63,331 nt of DNA, filler included, from Gonapodya sp. JEL0774 (GCA_027604505.1; 43 parts of 43 records of this genome joined end to end with filler, not necessarily neighbours in it), one strand, 5' to 3'. Positions 1-13,251 are shown, counted from the whole stretch's first letter. Notes: generated by a model not told the origin, from the sequence alone. A program made the numbers and translations.

Positions 1-23
1 TTCCAAACGAAAATCTTTCAAAG

Positions 24-620
24 GTGACATTCGAGAAGATGCCAACCACGGTGAATGACGGTTCTCCGATGGACATGCACGACGACGAAGACACCAGAGG
101 CAGCAAAGATGCGGTGCGCAGAGAGAGCCGAGTGAGCGATGCTCTCAACCGCGCTCTGAGTTCACCGGTGAAAACGATGTGGACCGAACGAGGCGGCCGG
201 CTCTGGCCCAGCGGTACGAGCTGTACGGAGAACGGCAGTTGGAACCACCTGTAGCGTATGCCGTCCACCTCGCGGTCGGCACGGTGTACGTTCGAATGAC
301 CGAGGGCGCGACGGAATATGAGGCCCTCCGTGACACAATGTACAACTACGCGAGGGTTCACGGACTTCGCCGGGACGTCAGCACGGGCGACATCTACGAG
401 CCTGTGCGAGGCGTCACGTACGCGTACGAGAAGTGCATGGACTCCAAGACGTTCCTCTTCCGGGTCTTTTCGCAGGATTACCGCATGTTGGCTAAGAACC
501 AACGGTACCAGCGCGACCTGGTGGAGTCCATCAGGACCACGCCTGACCCCCGTTTACCGGTGCTGCGAGTGTGCAAGCGTTACTTTGGCTTCTGCAACGG
601 AGTCTACAACATTGAGACGT
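24..620 (+). pseudogene. Truncated, probably frameshifted viral-type D5 primase/helicase fragment (pre-helicase/D5_N region), candidate endogenous Nucleocytoviricota relic
   Basis: ORF 179-775 has YARVHGLRR..GDIYEP....YAY......F....RDLVESIRTTPDPRLPVLRVCKRYFGFCNGVYNIET, matching the D.xFP...F.F.NGV pattern of algal-virus D5 proteins. No introns. Similarity ends after NGVYNIET and no SF3 Walker A follows. Confidence 0.65.
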
Positions 621-1388
621 CGTCTTCTGCAATTCGATTGAGCTCCGTTGGCCGTCCAACGCCTCCTGAAGCTCTGTCAGGGTGGAATACCATTGTCATA
701 AAATATGTTGCGATGTGTTCCCGCAACCTCATCAAGGAGTTTCTCTCGCAGGCGATAACCAATCGTTTGAGGTAATGCCATTGAAGGGAGACTCACGGGA
801 GAAAAAGATCCTGGCATGCTTCGTGAATGCAAACCTCCCCGAACGCAGTTTCACACAAGGTTGGACCCGAATCCCTACGGATGTTTTCGCGGACACTGCC
901 TAACACGACCAAGACGTTTTTGATCTTGTTCTTCCAGTATGTGTACACATTGTAAGTATATGGGAAATGATTGTAAGACCAGAATTCTTGCGCAGCTCCA
1001 GGATATCCCTCCATTTGAACAGTGTGGTAGTCTGGTCATTGTCTTTCATCTCGAAAGCGAGGGGAGTCCTCACTGGTTCTGGTACTGGAATTTTCGACGC
1101 CCCAAGACGCCTTCGTACCGTTCTGATTGTCAGGGATATTCTGAGTGGAAGGTCGACTGTAGCATCATAGAAAAACTACACGCATATATTTCTGGTTTTA
1201 GGAGTCAAATTATATCAGGTTCAAGGAAAGACGACGCCCAAGATCTCGTACGGCGCACGTGCTTGAACCAGCGTGAGCCTTCGCGGCGGCGGCACAAGTT
1301 GCCCTAAATTTGCAGACAGAGAATGTGGCAGTATGATAGTCCATATCGAGTGAGGCGAACGCGTACGGACAGTCTCGAGCGGTTTCCG

Positions 1389-1488
1389 NNNNNNNNNNNN
1401 NNNNNNNNNNNNNNNNNNNNNNNNNNNNNNNNTTAATTAATTAANNNNNNNNNNNNNNNNNNNNNNNNNNNNNNNNNNNNNNNNNNNN
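1389..1488. other. Artificial contig spacer (44 N + TTAATTAATTAA + 44 N), first of 42 identical spacers; the others start at 2873, 4357, 5841, 7324, 8807 ... 60404, 61868
   Basis: Identical 100-bp unit about every 1.47-1.48 kb. TTAATTAATTAA puts stops in all six frames. Contig lengths decrease monotonically from 1388 to 1364 bp. Confidence 0.99.
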
Positions 1489-1490
1489 AC

Positions 1491-2555
1491 TACGAGAAAG
1501 TACTCTCATACAACTCTCAAAGTGGACCAGCATACGCTCCTTCGTCATCACTCACAGCTTCTCTGTCAGCAATAGCGGGGTCTTCTAATAGTGCATCTGG
1601 ACCAGACTCTGGCAGCGGGGCTGCGTCCAGCGCGTCGACACTTAACAGAGTCTCTAAACTTCTTGCAAAGGCAACGTCCAAGAAGGGGATGGCGTCCAAA
1701 CCGAAGGAGGTTGGCGAGTTTGTTTCGACGGCAACAGTTCGTGGTACAAGGATGGAAAGCACTCCAAATTCGATTTACGAATCCTTACAAGAAACTGCTG
1801 ATGAGGATCGAAAGCGAATCGCCTCCATTGATGATGTGAGCACTGGTGCGTTTCTGACGGAGGAAACTAGAGGGGACACCATTAATGTGTTAGACTCATA
1901 TGGCGGTGTCTACCAAGTGGCAGCAATACCATCACGGATACTTAATGCAGAAGAGCAGCCTTACTTTCTTGCTAGCCTCCGTCCCCAACGTACGCACCTT
2001 CGTACGAAGCGACTGAAGCGCTGTCGAGAATGCCAAACAGTTTTGGTAAAACCTGAGAACAAAAGTGGCACCGTTAAGTTCACCATTAAAATGACAGGCA
2101 TGTGAGTTTTCCGGCTTGTTGTCGGCTTTATCATTTTTAACGACGTTTCGGTGGCATTTAGCAAATATATTCCCATGCTTACAATTGCGAATCCGGCGTT
2201 CGCCTATGGTTCCTCATCAACTCAACTGTTCCTTCGCGTTCAAAATCCGTACGATGAAGACCTTACTATCCGTCTATCAACCGCAACACCTGGAGTAGCT
2301 TTCTCAGCCTCGGAGATTTCAATTAGAGGCTTCAACGAATTCGGAGAATACCCGCAGACCAGGCCGGGGGAGCAGCTCCCTCGAGGATTAGCAGGAAGAA
2401 AAGACAACTGGGTAGTAGTTGAAGTCCATGGAGAATGGCTGGATTCGGACCAACGGGAGGTACGTGTCGCATGCGCACCAGAGTAACCCTTAGTGATTGA
2501 TTACCACTGTTCCACCAGTTGCCGATACGCTTGGAGTATTTTCCATCTGCATCTG
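1491..2555 (+). CDS. DCTN4: Dynactin subunit p62 (DCTN4 family), 3' part, multi-exon
   Basis: LRPQRTHLRTKRLKRCRECQTVLVKPENKSGTVKFTIK motif, intron from about 2102, then YIPMLTI...LRVQNPYDEDLTIRLST. 3' end approximate. Confidence 0.85.
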
Positions 2556-2973
2556 ATAGAGCTCTTGTTGTGGGCAATGTTGAGCAGTCTTCAGTAAAGA
2601 GGGGCCACGCCGAGGGTTCCGTGTGGATCGTTGTAAGGAGACCACCCGAAGCACAAGCTCATGATGACAGCCAGACATTCTAACCAGCTAGAAGAGGTAA
2701 ATGGTTTGATATTGATGCTGTTATTGCTTGGGAACGAGCGAACTGATTCTTTTTAGTGGCGTCCATGCACATTCACACAGATATGCCTCTCACCGCTATC
2801 AATGCTTTGATACTGACTGTCTCTATGAAATAAAATGAGCTACGGTATCGAAACGTATTTGCATCTACTATANNNNNNNNNNNNNNNNNNNNNNNNNNNN
2901 NNNNNNNNNNNNNNNNTTAATTAATTAANNNNNNNNNNNNNNNNNNNNNNNNNNNNNNNNNNNNNNNNNNNNC

Positions 2974-3751
2974 ATGTTGAAGGGTCCTCAGGAGCCCATA
3001 CTTCCGGGAACGTCCATCACATCACCAACTTCGTGGACGCCCACTGATCTAACTGATTCGGGTGACGTGTACTACTCTGACAATGAAACATTGTCCACTG
3101 TGAGCGACGCCGACTTAGAGTCCTCAAATGCGTCTGTGTTGAGCGTCGGAAATGAATACGACAACTATTTGGCGCTCCAGCCCCGAGATGCGTCCAAGCC
3201 CAAGCGTGATACATCTGTGAATCAAGATACAGTCATGCACCTTCGCGCCGGTCAGCCGAACGTGGACGGAACAAATGAAGTTCGCATTCAGCCCAAGTCT
3301 CACCCTGACATTCAACCACTTCGCCCAGCTACTTCCGCAAAACCCGTTCCCGTCGATTTTCCCACCACCAAAGATGTTATTGACCTCGAGATTTCGTCTG
3401 CGCTCGCTGAAGCCATGCGGGAGGTGGAAGAGAGGAAGAAAACAAGACTGGCTCGATGCGAAAAGCGGATGAAAGTGCTAATGGAGATGGAGAAGCGAAG
3501 ATGGGAAGAACTGGTGAGGTGCGCAAGGAACGGGTATAAGGTGAGCAAATTTTCGAGCACGCAATTCACCCGCCATTCAGAACCTGCATCTTTGGTCATA
3601 GGCTCATCGCCGTGCTCTCCAAATACGTCTCATGGACAATGTACATCATCAGATTTACGAAGCTGAACGGGAACGCTTGATGGCGCTTCCGTCGTGGATG
3701 AGGGGAGCAGGTGTGTTCATGGGATCACAATTCCATTTGGCTCTCGCATAA
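2974..3751 (+). CDS. Hypothetical protein fragment (S/D-rich region followed by a helical/coiled-coil segment)
   Basis: 230-aa ORF; probable intron GTGAGC at 3541 to AG at about 3601. No recognisable domain. Confidence 0.45.
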
Positions 3752-3771
3752 ACGCAACACCTTGACGGCAA

Positions 3772-4356
3772 TTGGAACGTCATCTTATTCATCCAGGTCA
3801 CACCCGTCCTCTTTCACAATTTCCTCCCTACCATATCCGCCAAGCGAAAATGAAAGCGTTGCACGAACCTCGGGACTTCGAGGAGCTTATGTGCCGGAAG
3901 GAATCAGAGCTTATGGACCACGAAGTGCAAGTTGATGGTATGGAGCTTGCGAACGGTGAAGGCGGCGAAGGTACTGAGACAGAGACGGATACCGAATTGA
4001 AGGGAAAACCGGATATTCACCGGATGTGGGCCACCGTTTCACCGGGACGTCAAGGTACCTCAAGATCACCTATTGTAGTGATTTCGAGTCCCAAGGACTC
4101 GCTTGCTTCAAGCTCGCACAATCTACGAGCCAGGAAGTCTTCCTTCGCGATCCCTCATGTCCTGGATACATCTGACCTCAGGTCTCCACTCATTGAATCG
4201 CCCAGCAAGCGAAAGCGAGCTCTGGAACTTGAAGAGGATGTAAACGTCGAGCAGCAACGGTCCAGCTTGACCTGCCCCGTTGATAGTACACTTCTGCAGT
4301 CGGACGTGGGTCTCGACGCATTCTCGATATCTGCGAGCTCCTCGGAGCTGACAGGG
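3772..4356 (+). CDS. Hypothetical disordered protein fragment with basic NLS-like SPSKRKR
   Basis: About 195 open codons running to the contig end. Confidence 0.4.
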
Positions 4357-4456
4357 NNNNNNNNNNNNNNNNNNNNNNNNNNNNNNNNNNNNNNNNNNNN
4401 TTAATTAATTAANNNNNNNNNNNNNNNNNNNNNNNNNNNNNNNNNNNNNNNNNNNN

Positions 4457-4891
4457 GACTTGTTTGTTGGGATTACATCGTCCTGAGGGTACAAATTTCA
4501 GAATGACGGTCAGAAGTCCGAGCTAGCAGAAAATTCAATTATGTGGTGACTCACCGGATGCCAAAAGCTCTTCTAAGATATCTTCCTTGCCGAGTCTGAC
4601 TGCCACGACCAGTAGCGACTCTCCCAACAGCGATTCCTTCTTGGTGACCAACACGTCCTCGTACTTATCCTTGGAGAAGACACCACCTTCCTGAACGAGC
4701 CTTTGCTCTCCAGATTTCCACGATGCGATCAGGGTCACTTTTTTCCGCGCATCGGGATCCCCGCCCGACGCAAGGTGTGTCTTGGTTTCATCGAGGTTCC
4801 CGGACTCTACGGCGTCAAAGAGGAGGTCCGTCGGGGTTTTGGGAGGAGAAGTTGCTGTGCTTTCTTTTGAGTGCTGGCCCTTTGTTGGCAT
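4457..4891 (-). CDS. Ankyrin-repeat protein, 5' part
   Basis: LLFDAVESGNLDETKTHLASGGDPD and GESLLVVAVRLGKEDILEELLASG are ankyrin-like. GTGAGT donor at about 4554. Confidence 0.7.
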
Positions 4892-5511
4892 CTAGGGCGG
4901 AGTGCTGTGATTAGAAGAGAGAATGATGGTTTATGGCAAGGATTAGTTGGGATGTTTGGATGCCCAGAACGACGATGGACGGGCGATGGCGAGCGGGGGC
5001 GATAATGCGCAAAGCAGGTCAGTTCACTGACTTTGGAAATGAAAAAAGATTGAAGGGAAGTTTTCTTGCTTGACCGACAGACAGAGTGCAAGCGTCTTGT
5101 TCACGTTGACTGTTATCCAAACTCCTGTGGCCTTGGATGCAACGCGGCCGCCACCTTCAAATCCTGTGTGGAACACGGAACAGCCAGAAGATACAATACT
5201 TAGATTGTGATAGTGTATATTTGTATTGGGAAGGGCGTGATCCTCTGTTTCTTGATCCAACCAACAACGTCCGAACGTCATCGTTATCAGTGAAGAGAAT
5301 CCCGAGCACCGGATACTCTCAAGATCGCGGCATGTCTTCTTCCCCGTGCGTTTAGTGACTTGGTTCATACTTTCCTTTTGCCTTTGTCGCTTCCGATGGG
5401 AACTGTCCTAATGTAAACACGGCCCGCCATATCAACCGTCAGCAACCCCAACCCATATAATCCACTCTTAGTTTCTGCCGATCGCCATCACTGAACGAAT
5501 AAGCCGCGAAA

Positions 5512-5840
5512 ATGGCTCCACCAGCCAAGACTGTGTACGATGGATCGACCCCAAAACGTCCTGGTATTCCTGGCGGTGAGGTTTTCGCATCTTATCGGGA
5601 TCAAATGATTACACTGACCAATTCTTTCCCTTGGGCTGAATCCAGAGAAACTCCCCGAACACTGGGCACGCGTAAAGGGTGAGACTGTATTTTTGTCCGA
5701 TTAAGGAGCTGATGGTGGCCTTGTGGAAAGATTGACGGGTGTCATTTCTGATGTCGTCTCTCGGCGATACCATCCGAATCCGACGCGTTTCTGCTTCCAG
5801 AGGCGTACGATGCTATTTACGCGAACCCTGACTTCTATGC
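5512..5840 (+). CDS. 5' exons of an unidentified gene
   Basis: ATG 5512 MAPPAKTVYDGSTPKRPGIPG, then GTGAG..CAG introns joining EKLPEHWARVK and EAYDAIYANPDFY. Confidence 0.5.
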
Positions 5841-5940
5841 NNNNNNNNNNNNNNNNNNNNNNNNNNNNNNNNNNNNNNNNNNNNTTAATTAATTAANNNN
5901 NNNNNNNNNNNNNNNNNNNNNNNNNNNNNNNNNNNNNNNN

Positions 5941-6921
5941 GCACTTTCGTCCCGCTTCACCAAGCTCATATCCTTTGTCCACACCTGCATCAAGCCCTCC
6001 TCAATCAATCTGACCCTTACTTCAGGCGGCACCATAGGACTGGCTAAGCTCTCCGTCAACCTGCTTTCCAACCTCGCCGAATCCCGTTGCACCTTGTCCG
6101 AGTCGAACTGCGGCAACTTGCGCTGCCGTGCAATGTAAAACATGCGACGGAGGTCACGGACCATGTCGTCGATGGTGTGGTAAGAGTTGGACTCAAAACG
6201 AGCTTGGATGGCGGTGAGAGAGGTTGGGGGGTTGACTGAGGTTTGTGTTCTCCGGGATTGGGCTTAGGGGGAAGAAAAGGTGAAGCACAGCAAGGTGAGA
6301 CACGGCACGGCACCCATTTCAAGAGCCCTCAAAAGGAGAGCATCTGGAAGGAAGTCGCCAAGCGGTCAAGCGGCACAGTCAAGCGCTTGACCCCGCAAAC
6401 TAGTGGAATTCCACCTGCTACTTCCTCGGACTCGCAAAGCTGCATCCATGACTCCAGCATTTCCGACTGTCCATCAACGAGCACTGCGAAGAAAACTCAC
6501 TTTGAGAACCCGAAACCTGCTGAGACGCCCCTCGTGCCTGTCTCCTCAGCGGTGGGTCCGATCCAAACAAGAACGGTCCTGAATCCTGGTCAATAGCCAG
6601 ACCGTTTAGAACTCCACGTGCACATACGCCTTCTGACTCAGGCATGCCGTTGACGTAGGTTGTTGGTGTGGAGGCGGAAGATGGTTGGTGTGGTGGATTT
6701 GGGGGGCCTGCCGGAGCTGCTCTTGGAGCAGGCGAGGAGGAGAGTGCCCGTGAGACTGGCACAGTGTGGTGTCGCTTTTGTGAGGTGTGGGGGGTGGCCG
6801 AGGGTGGACGGGAGGGGTGCAGTTGCGTGATGGGGGCGAGGGGCGCTGGTGAGGCTGTGGGCCTGGTGGCGGAGGGTAAGGGAGGAATCGGACCATGTAG
6901 AAGGGACGTTGACGGCGACAT
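5941..6921 (-). CDS. Protein with a Pro/Ser-rich linker and a divergent bromodomain-like region
   Basis: CARGVLNGLAIDQDSGPFLF resembles helix Z/ZA loop; YHTIDDMVRDLRRMFYIARQ...SDKVQRDSARLESRL resembles helices B/C. Introns lie between them. Confidence 0.5.
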
Positions 6922-8672
6922 CTTGGACCACTTCAGTGTAAACGGTTATGAGCAGGGCTTATGGAAGATTTTGTGGGTAGTTGAAATCTGCAGTAGCAGC
7001 TGCATGAGAAGTACGTGGAACAGGTTCGCAAACGATGAGAGAAAGTTTAGAAATTCATCCAGTAAATCCACCAGTATTCTGTCCGAGCGTAACTTCATTC
7101 TGATACTCGGCTATTCCCAATACTCAGAGTCCCTTCCTTGGTGTCAGTCCAGTAACCCAAAAATGGTAATCATTTGAATCCTTCAACGATTGCGCACCGC
7201 AAGATAGCTCTCAAATGAGATAATGAGATAGAAGGAAAGCTGCCCCTGAGTGCTTCACAGCATCAGCTCCAATGTATCCCTGCAAATGTAAGTTCAGTGC
7301 CGTCCGACAACGTGTGGTTCCTANNNNNNNNNNNNNNNNNNNNNNNNNNNNNNNNNNNNNNNNNNNNTTAATTAATTAANNNNNNNNNNNNNNNNNNNNN
7401 NNNNNNNNNNNNNNNNNNNNNNNACAACCGTGCACATAACAAGTAAACGGAGTGAAGCCTCACGGTGTCGAGTGTCCCACCAAGCCTGCCGAATGTGCAA
7501 TATGTGCACTTGGGGGAGGGGGGGAGAGTGGTGGGGGCATGGACCGTCGGGTGTGAAGGGGTGGTTGTGTTCGCGAATGGTGCACGGTCCCATCAATGTC
7601 TCGAACAGAGTACTGGCCAGCGCGCATTGTTCTGACATACATCCTTGACCGATTCGCACCACAAGGGGCCGATCACCAACAAGGGGGCTTTCGCCCCAAG
7701 TGCGGAACGTCCCATCAAGCGATACTGGCCCTTCACGAGGCCATGAGAAGTGTTGGTCTGCATACATAAGCACTCCTACTTCTTTTTGTTTACCCCGGCA
7801 GATCACACTGTCTCGTTTATGTGATGCATCGGAACTTCTGGAGGCAACGTACGAAACAAAGTCAACCGACCTGCCACGGGCCCGTTTTGCAAAACTTATT
7901 GAGCCGCAAACATCTTGATCCCTTTTCCGATTAAAATCGATTCCATTTACGCGAAAACGCAATTGCACTTGATTTGAGCCGTCGGAAATACATTTAGACC
8001 TGTTGGTTTCGCTGAGGATGAGCGAATCACTGACATCACCGATCGGCCCTCCCAGCAAGCCATGCATCAGAACAATTGAGTATGGTGGATAGAGTATCGA
8101 TTCTACCGCATAGATATCCATGGTTCTCTCGTTTTACCACGAGTTCTCCTCGGTGAGTCTCCTGGAGGAGAAAGGCTGCGCACTGCTCTGCATCACGGGA
8201 GGCTGGCGTTCATCAAAGTTTCTCTTTCTTCCCCACATTCGAAGATTCTCGGAAACAAATTGGAATCCGGACTTTCTGGCGCGGTCGGAGGACTGTGTGG
8301 TTCCATCGCGAAGGCCATGATCTCTGCCGGTCGTCCAAACAGACAAAAAATATCGTTCACATGTAATTCCGACCGTAGGATGATATCAGATTTTTGAACC
8401 GGTAGTCAAGAGAAAGCAAATTCGACAAAAAGGGATCACTGGCTGATCTCGCGGCTAAATATATAAGTGTGCACCGGCGGCGGGAGAGTGAACCCTCACG
8501 AGGCAGCGCAGTCCACCGGAGGCAGCGCAGTCCACCGGAGGCAATCATTTGTCTGCCAAGAATAAAGGGCCGTTGCTCGTTCCACTTGTATCTTCAGGCT
8601 TGCCGAATCGCGAAACTCGACGTCCAGAGCGAACGCAGAACAGACCTAATTGCTCAGCTGTGGAAGAACAGG

Positions 8673-8806
8673 ATGCCACGTCTCCAATCAACCGCGCGAA
8701 CCTTGCTGGTCGTGATCGTACTAGGGGCCACGCTCACGTCTTCCGTCTGGGCCGACTATGTGTTTACAGTGCAATACTCGTCCATAGACTGCTCAGGTTC
8801 TCATTA
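8673..8806 (+). CDS. N-terminus of a putative secreted protein
   Basis: MPRLQSTARTLLVVIVLGATLTSSVWA signal-peptide-like, then DYVFTVQYSSIDCSG. Confidence 0.5.
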
Positions 8807-10855
8807 NNNNNNNNNNNNNNNNNNNNNNNNNNNNNNNNNNNNNNNNNNNNTTAATTAATTAANNNNNNNNNNNNNNNNNNNNNNNNNNNNNNNNNNNNNN
8901 NNNNNNGGATGCGAGATGCTGCCGGCCGTCCCCCCAATTGTACTGTCCCGTACTGGACCGGACTGGTAGATGTAGGACGGGGACCTGATGTATGTCTAGA
9001 TCGTTCAATACATATATGACTACCTACAGGCATCCCAGGACTGTGGTCACCCCAGGTGCCCAGTACACCACACTACCGCCACTTGCGAATCAGACTGAAC
9101 ACGTCGAGCAATCTTCTTTGTTGCACCAGAGGTCGTCGGCGTGACTTCTACCTTTATACCGTACACTACTTTGGCTTCTACCCGGTCCGTGTGTTGGCCA
9201 AATGCTCGGACTGGGATGACCGAACATTCTCCATGAACCACAAGTGATCTGTCATCTAAGGCCTGCTGTTGGGATCTTCCGTGCCTTTCTACACACTTGC
9301 CAAGCAAGATCACATTTCGACGTCCTACTGGCGCCGGAAAGTTTGTTCTTTTTCGTTTCCTCCATTCCAATGTAGTGTCAAGATGGTCACTACTGTATCC
9401 CTCACCACATTTTTGCTATAGTCCCTGCCATCTTCCAATAGAATATCGGCGGCTTTTTCTAGATCATGCTTGCAGCTTACACATTCTGTTGCGCTTCTGT
9501 TTTGTGTTTCCTTTTCCGCGGCCTGAGTGGGTGACGTCAGCGTCTTCGGTGCAAAGAGCAATCCTGTTTATTCCTTCACGTGTACAGTGAGACTGCGTAG
9601 CTCCGCCCATGCGTGTACATGCCTGCGCGTCACGTTTCTGAGTACGTGCAGACAGGGCGCGGGATCACGGAAATCGTGTATTCAAGTCATATTCAGGCTT
9701 GCCAGCCTTGCTGAGCTACTTGTGCTTCACGTTGATAGCTTGGCATGGGGACGCATGGACTGCACAACAAGGAGTGACGCAATGGCAACCCTTGATCACA
9801 CCCGTGGTGCGACGACATGCTCGTAAGACCATCTTGTGCATTCATATACAGCGGCGGACATATCACACCAATTGTTCACATGCCTATCTGTCATTTTTGC
9901 GTTTCCTTCACCGCATTGTGGTGACGCGTCCATATTTGCGGTGTAGGTCACAATTGTTGCTCAATTTCCGTTCATATGTACAGCTGGTATGACTGTGGTT
10001 GAACAGCGGACCGGGCCGGCATGCCTGTCCCCAGTGCTCTTGCATTAAGAAGTCAGCGAGCAGTCTGCCACGCCATGGGCCATTGCTCATTCAGCGTGGG
10101 AGCACTTAACCTTGTTTTGACCCAGATCCGTACCCTATTTGCACCTTGACGGATCACCCCCTCAGTTGACTGACGTTCTTTTGCGCCGCCTTTGCCATAC
10201 TAGGCCGACCGGTCCACAGTGGCGGGGTTGAAGGCTAAGGTTCTTGATTTGGTGACACTGCAAGGTTATAGGATGTCCGCGGGCCTGCNNNNNNNNNNNN
10301 NNNNNNNNNNNNNNNNNNNNNNNNNNNNNNNNTTAATTAATTAANNNNNNNNNNNNNNNNNNNNNNNNNNNNNNNNNNNNNNNNNNNNGAGGCGTGGAGT
10401 TTGCAGGCTGCTGCGGGGGATGAAGTGGGGTGGAAGAGGAGCTTGGATGTCGAGCCGAAGGAAGTTGATAAGTAGAGAAATGTAGTGTGATCATCGCCGG
10501 GCGGACGATCGAGATAAATGCGCTACACTACATACTTTATTCTATAATTGCATGGAACTCACAAGTTTTATCCTGTTAGTGAGACAAATTTTGTGCAAAG
10601 TTGTGACCTAACTTGGTCGTTGCTTCTCTGTACAGTCGGCCAACGCAGAGTATATAATACCAAAATGATTTCAGAATCCGTATATGTATGTGCATTCCAA
10701 TGCGAAACCACTCCTTCATTATCGATTGTTCGCTGTGCATATTGGAAAGTTGTATTGCGCGGGATCATCAGATCGCTCGGTGATACGTCAAATTCTCTAA
10801 CAGGGGATGTTGGAATCGCATAATATAGTGACAATTAGAGACACTAATACCAATG

Positions 10856-11770
10856 CTAAAGAGCGGCTTGCGACGGAACCGCTTCGGGTTTGTTCATTCC
10901 CAGGCCCTGTTGTTGACACAATTCCCTATGATGCACGTGGCGTGAGTGACCATCAAACGGAACAGATTTGAATGCGACTGTGCGCCCGGCTCACCAGTAC
11001 AATCCACGGCGGGCTAAAAGCTCCGCGTGATTCCCCTCTTCAACAACCAGACCAGCCTGAAACCCGATGGAAAAAATGAAAATTGGATTCCAAAGGCCGG
11101 CAAGCAATGCTAACGTACCTGGAACACATATATCCGATGGCAGTTCTGAATGGTACTCAGGCGATGCGCAATGGTGATGGTAGTTCGCCCTACACAAGAT
11201 CAGTGTGAATATTCGTTGAAATTATTGAATGTTTCGGGAAGTAAATATGAAAAAACACACCCTCGGCAGCGGAATCAAGAGCCTCTTGCACGATGTGCTC
11301 CGATTCTGAATCCAATGCGGATGTTGCTTCATCCAACAATAGAATAGTTGGGTTCCGGATCATGGCTCTTGCGATAGCAATGCGTTGTTTCTGACCCCCA
11401 CTCATCAAACCTCCCCGTTCGCCTACAAGAGTCTGGAAACCTTCAGGGAGGTCTTTTATGTAATCATAAGCATTGGCTTTCCGTGCGGCTGCTTCAATCT
11501 CCTCCTGAGTCGCCGGAGGTGCTCCCTCAGGTTTGCCATAGGCAATGTTCTGTCAGATGAAGGGATGGTCACTGATGAAACATTGAAATGACCAAAAACA
11601 TAGCTGTGCTCACCTCCCAAATCGTCCCTTCAAACAGAACAGGTTCCTGAGAGCGGTAGGTGAGCGAACGGTAACTTGTGAAGAAGGTGAGAAGTGCAAC
11701 AGTATTTCCATACCCACCTGACCAACAATAGCCATTCGCTGACGAAGTGCTTTCAAGTTCCACTTTCGAA
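10856..11770 (-). CDS. ABCB/MDR-type ABC transporter, C-terminal nucleotide-binding domain, multi-exon
   Basis: [87 protein letters not shown]. Confidence 0.95.
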
Positions 11771-11870
11771 NNNNNNNNNNNNNNNNNNNNNNNNNNNNNN
11801 NNNNNNNNNNNNNNTTAATTAATTAANNNNNNNNNNNNNNNNNNNNNNNNNNNNNNNNNNNNNNNNNNNN

Positions 11871-13251
11871 CGTGGAGGGTGGAGATAACTGTGAAGGGGT
11901 ATAAAAGAACGAACCAAAGTTGGTGCTAGTAAATTACATTGCTGTACGAAACAAGGGAACGAGGCGAAAGACTCACGCTTGCCTTGCTCGTCCACCACCC
12001 ACGCTTCTTCCGCATCACCCACCACGCAAAACAAACCCTCTGTACCGCCACCATTTACTCCCGCCGCACCGATCCCACGTGACCCATCGGTCATCCCTGC
12101 CGAGGTGAAATTGACACACCATGGAAATACCATCCTGCGTACCATGCTGAGCGTGGTGAGGTCAACGAGGAGGACCGTACGGTCGTTGGAGGAGATAATC
12201 CCAATTGGAGCTGGGTAGGTGGACATTGCGATTATAAAATATGAGACGATCATGAAGTTTGAGACGGAGAAGCAAAACTGAAAGAGACCTCACCGCCCGA
12301 TCTACTGCCCACAATGTTCATACTGTTGACGATATCCGAGGTCGAGTTAAAAAAGCCGGTGGTGATCGTGCCCGGATCTGTTGTGCTTCGTGACGATTGG
12401 ATCGATTCGGGAGTCGGCCGTTGCCCAATGGGAGGGCCAGCTGCTCTGCGCTTGTTGGACTCTGTTCCACCTGCATACTTCCACCACTCATCGTCTTCCA
12501 CCTCATCGCACTCTTCCTGTGCCTTCGCATCCACTGTACTTCCTTCGTCATCCTCGGTCCACCTCCTTACAGCAAAATTTCCTTCCATTCCTCCGGCGAG
12601 CACCACACCGGCGGCCGCACACATACTGGTCACTCGGAAACCAGCGCGGCCGAGCGAGGGTAAGTCGATAACCGGACGGGAGGGATGAGTTGTGTGGGGT
12701 GTCAGGTGATTAACGGATGGGGAAGCTAGTGTGGTCGGCGGGGTGGATTTCCAAATTCGGTGAGATCGGTACAATGCATGTAGTCACAAAATTCAAACAC
12801 GGAGGGAGTACTGCATTAAATCTCGAACCCCGAATAGCACTCTTCAATTACGGCACACTTCTTGACTTCCATACTCTACCGCCTGGCTGTACACACAACA
12901 AACTCACCAGCATAAAATACGTCATTCTTACTCGTTGCCCACAGCAAATTGCGTAGTTGGATATGCATTATGTTCGGTTTATCTCGGAGTCGTGTGTGAC
13001 GAAATAGGTAGTAAAGGGGTTGCTGAGATTGCGCGGATGGCCCGGTGGGAGGTCTGCGGGCGGTCTGAAACGGTTCCCGATAATGCTGAGTCGCGGAGGG
13101 AGGAGCGGAGACCTTTTTGTCCAGGTGTGACAGACAAGGTTCGACTTACACTCTGGAAAGCAGCCTCGTCCGCTGGGTTAGGGTCGACATTGCGGTAGTT
13201 TCGGAAGCCTTCGATGCGAGAGGCGCGGAACCTTGGTATACAAAACCCAGG
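11871..13251 (-). CDS. WD40-like DUF2415-family protein, internal fragment
   Basis: FRASRIEGFRNYRN, HIQLRNLLWATSKNDVFY, VLAGGMEGNF, IISSNDRTV, FPWCVN motifs. Confidence 0.8.

Noticed and set aside
604..770. Minus-strand FHPDR as a J-domain HPD motif
   Set aside because: The flanking helices lack J-domain consensus; likely chance.
1433..1444. Regularly recurring TTAATTAATTAA as a biological repeat or CRISPR-like array
   Set aside because: Always embedded in 44+44 Ns; it is a synthetic six-frame-stop linker.
6668..7177. Gly-rich antisense ORFs (also 14848-15198, 34899-35390, 37347-37656)
   Set aside because: They are shadows of Pro- or Gln-rich coding sequence on the opposite strand.
7424..8121. 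Long minus-strand ORF (listed as 249 aa)
   Set aside because: No recognisable motif or clear splice pattern, so it cannot be supported as a CDS.
8907..10288. Contig with short ORFs and several CACG/CGTG-type motifs
   Set aside because: No supportable coding, RNA or repeat structure found by eye.
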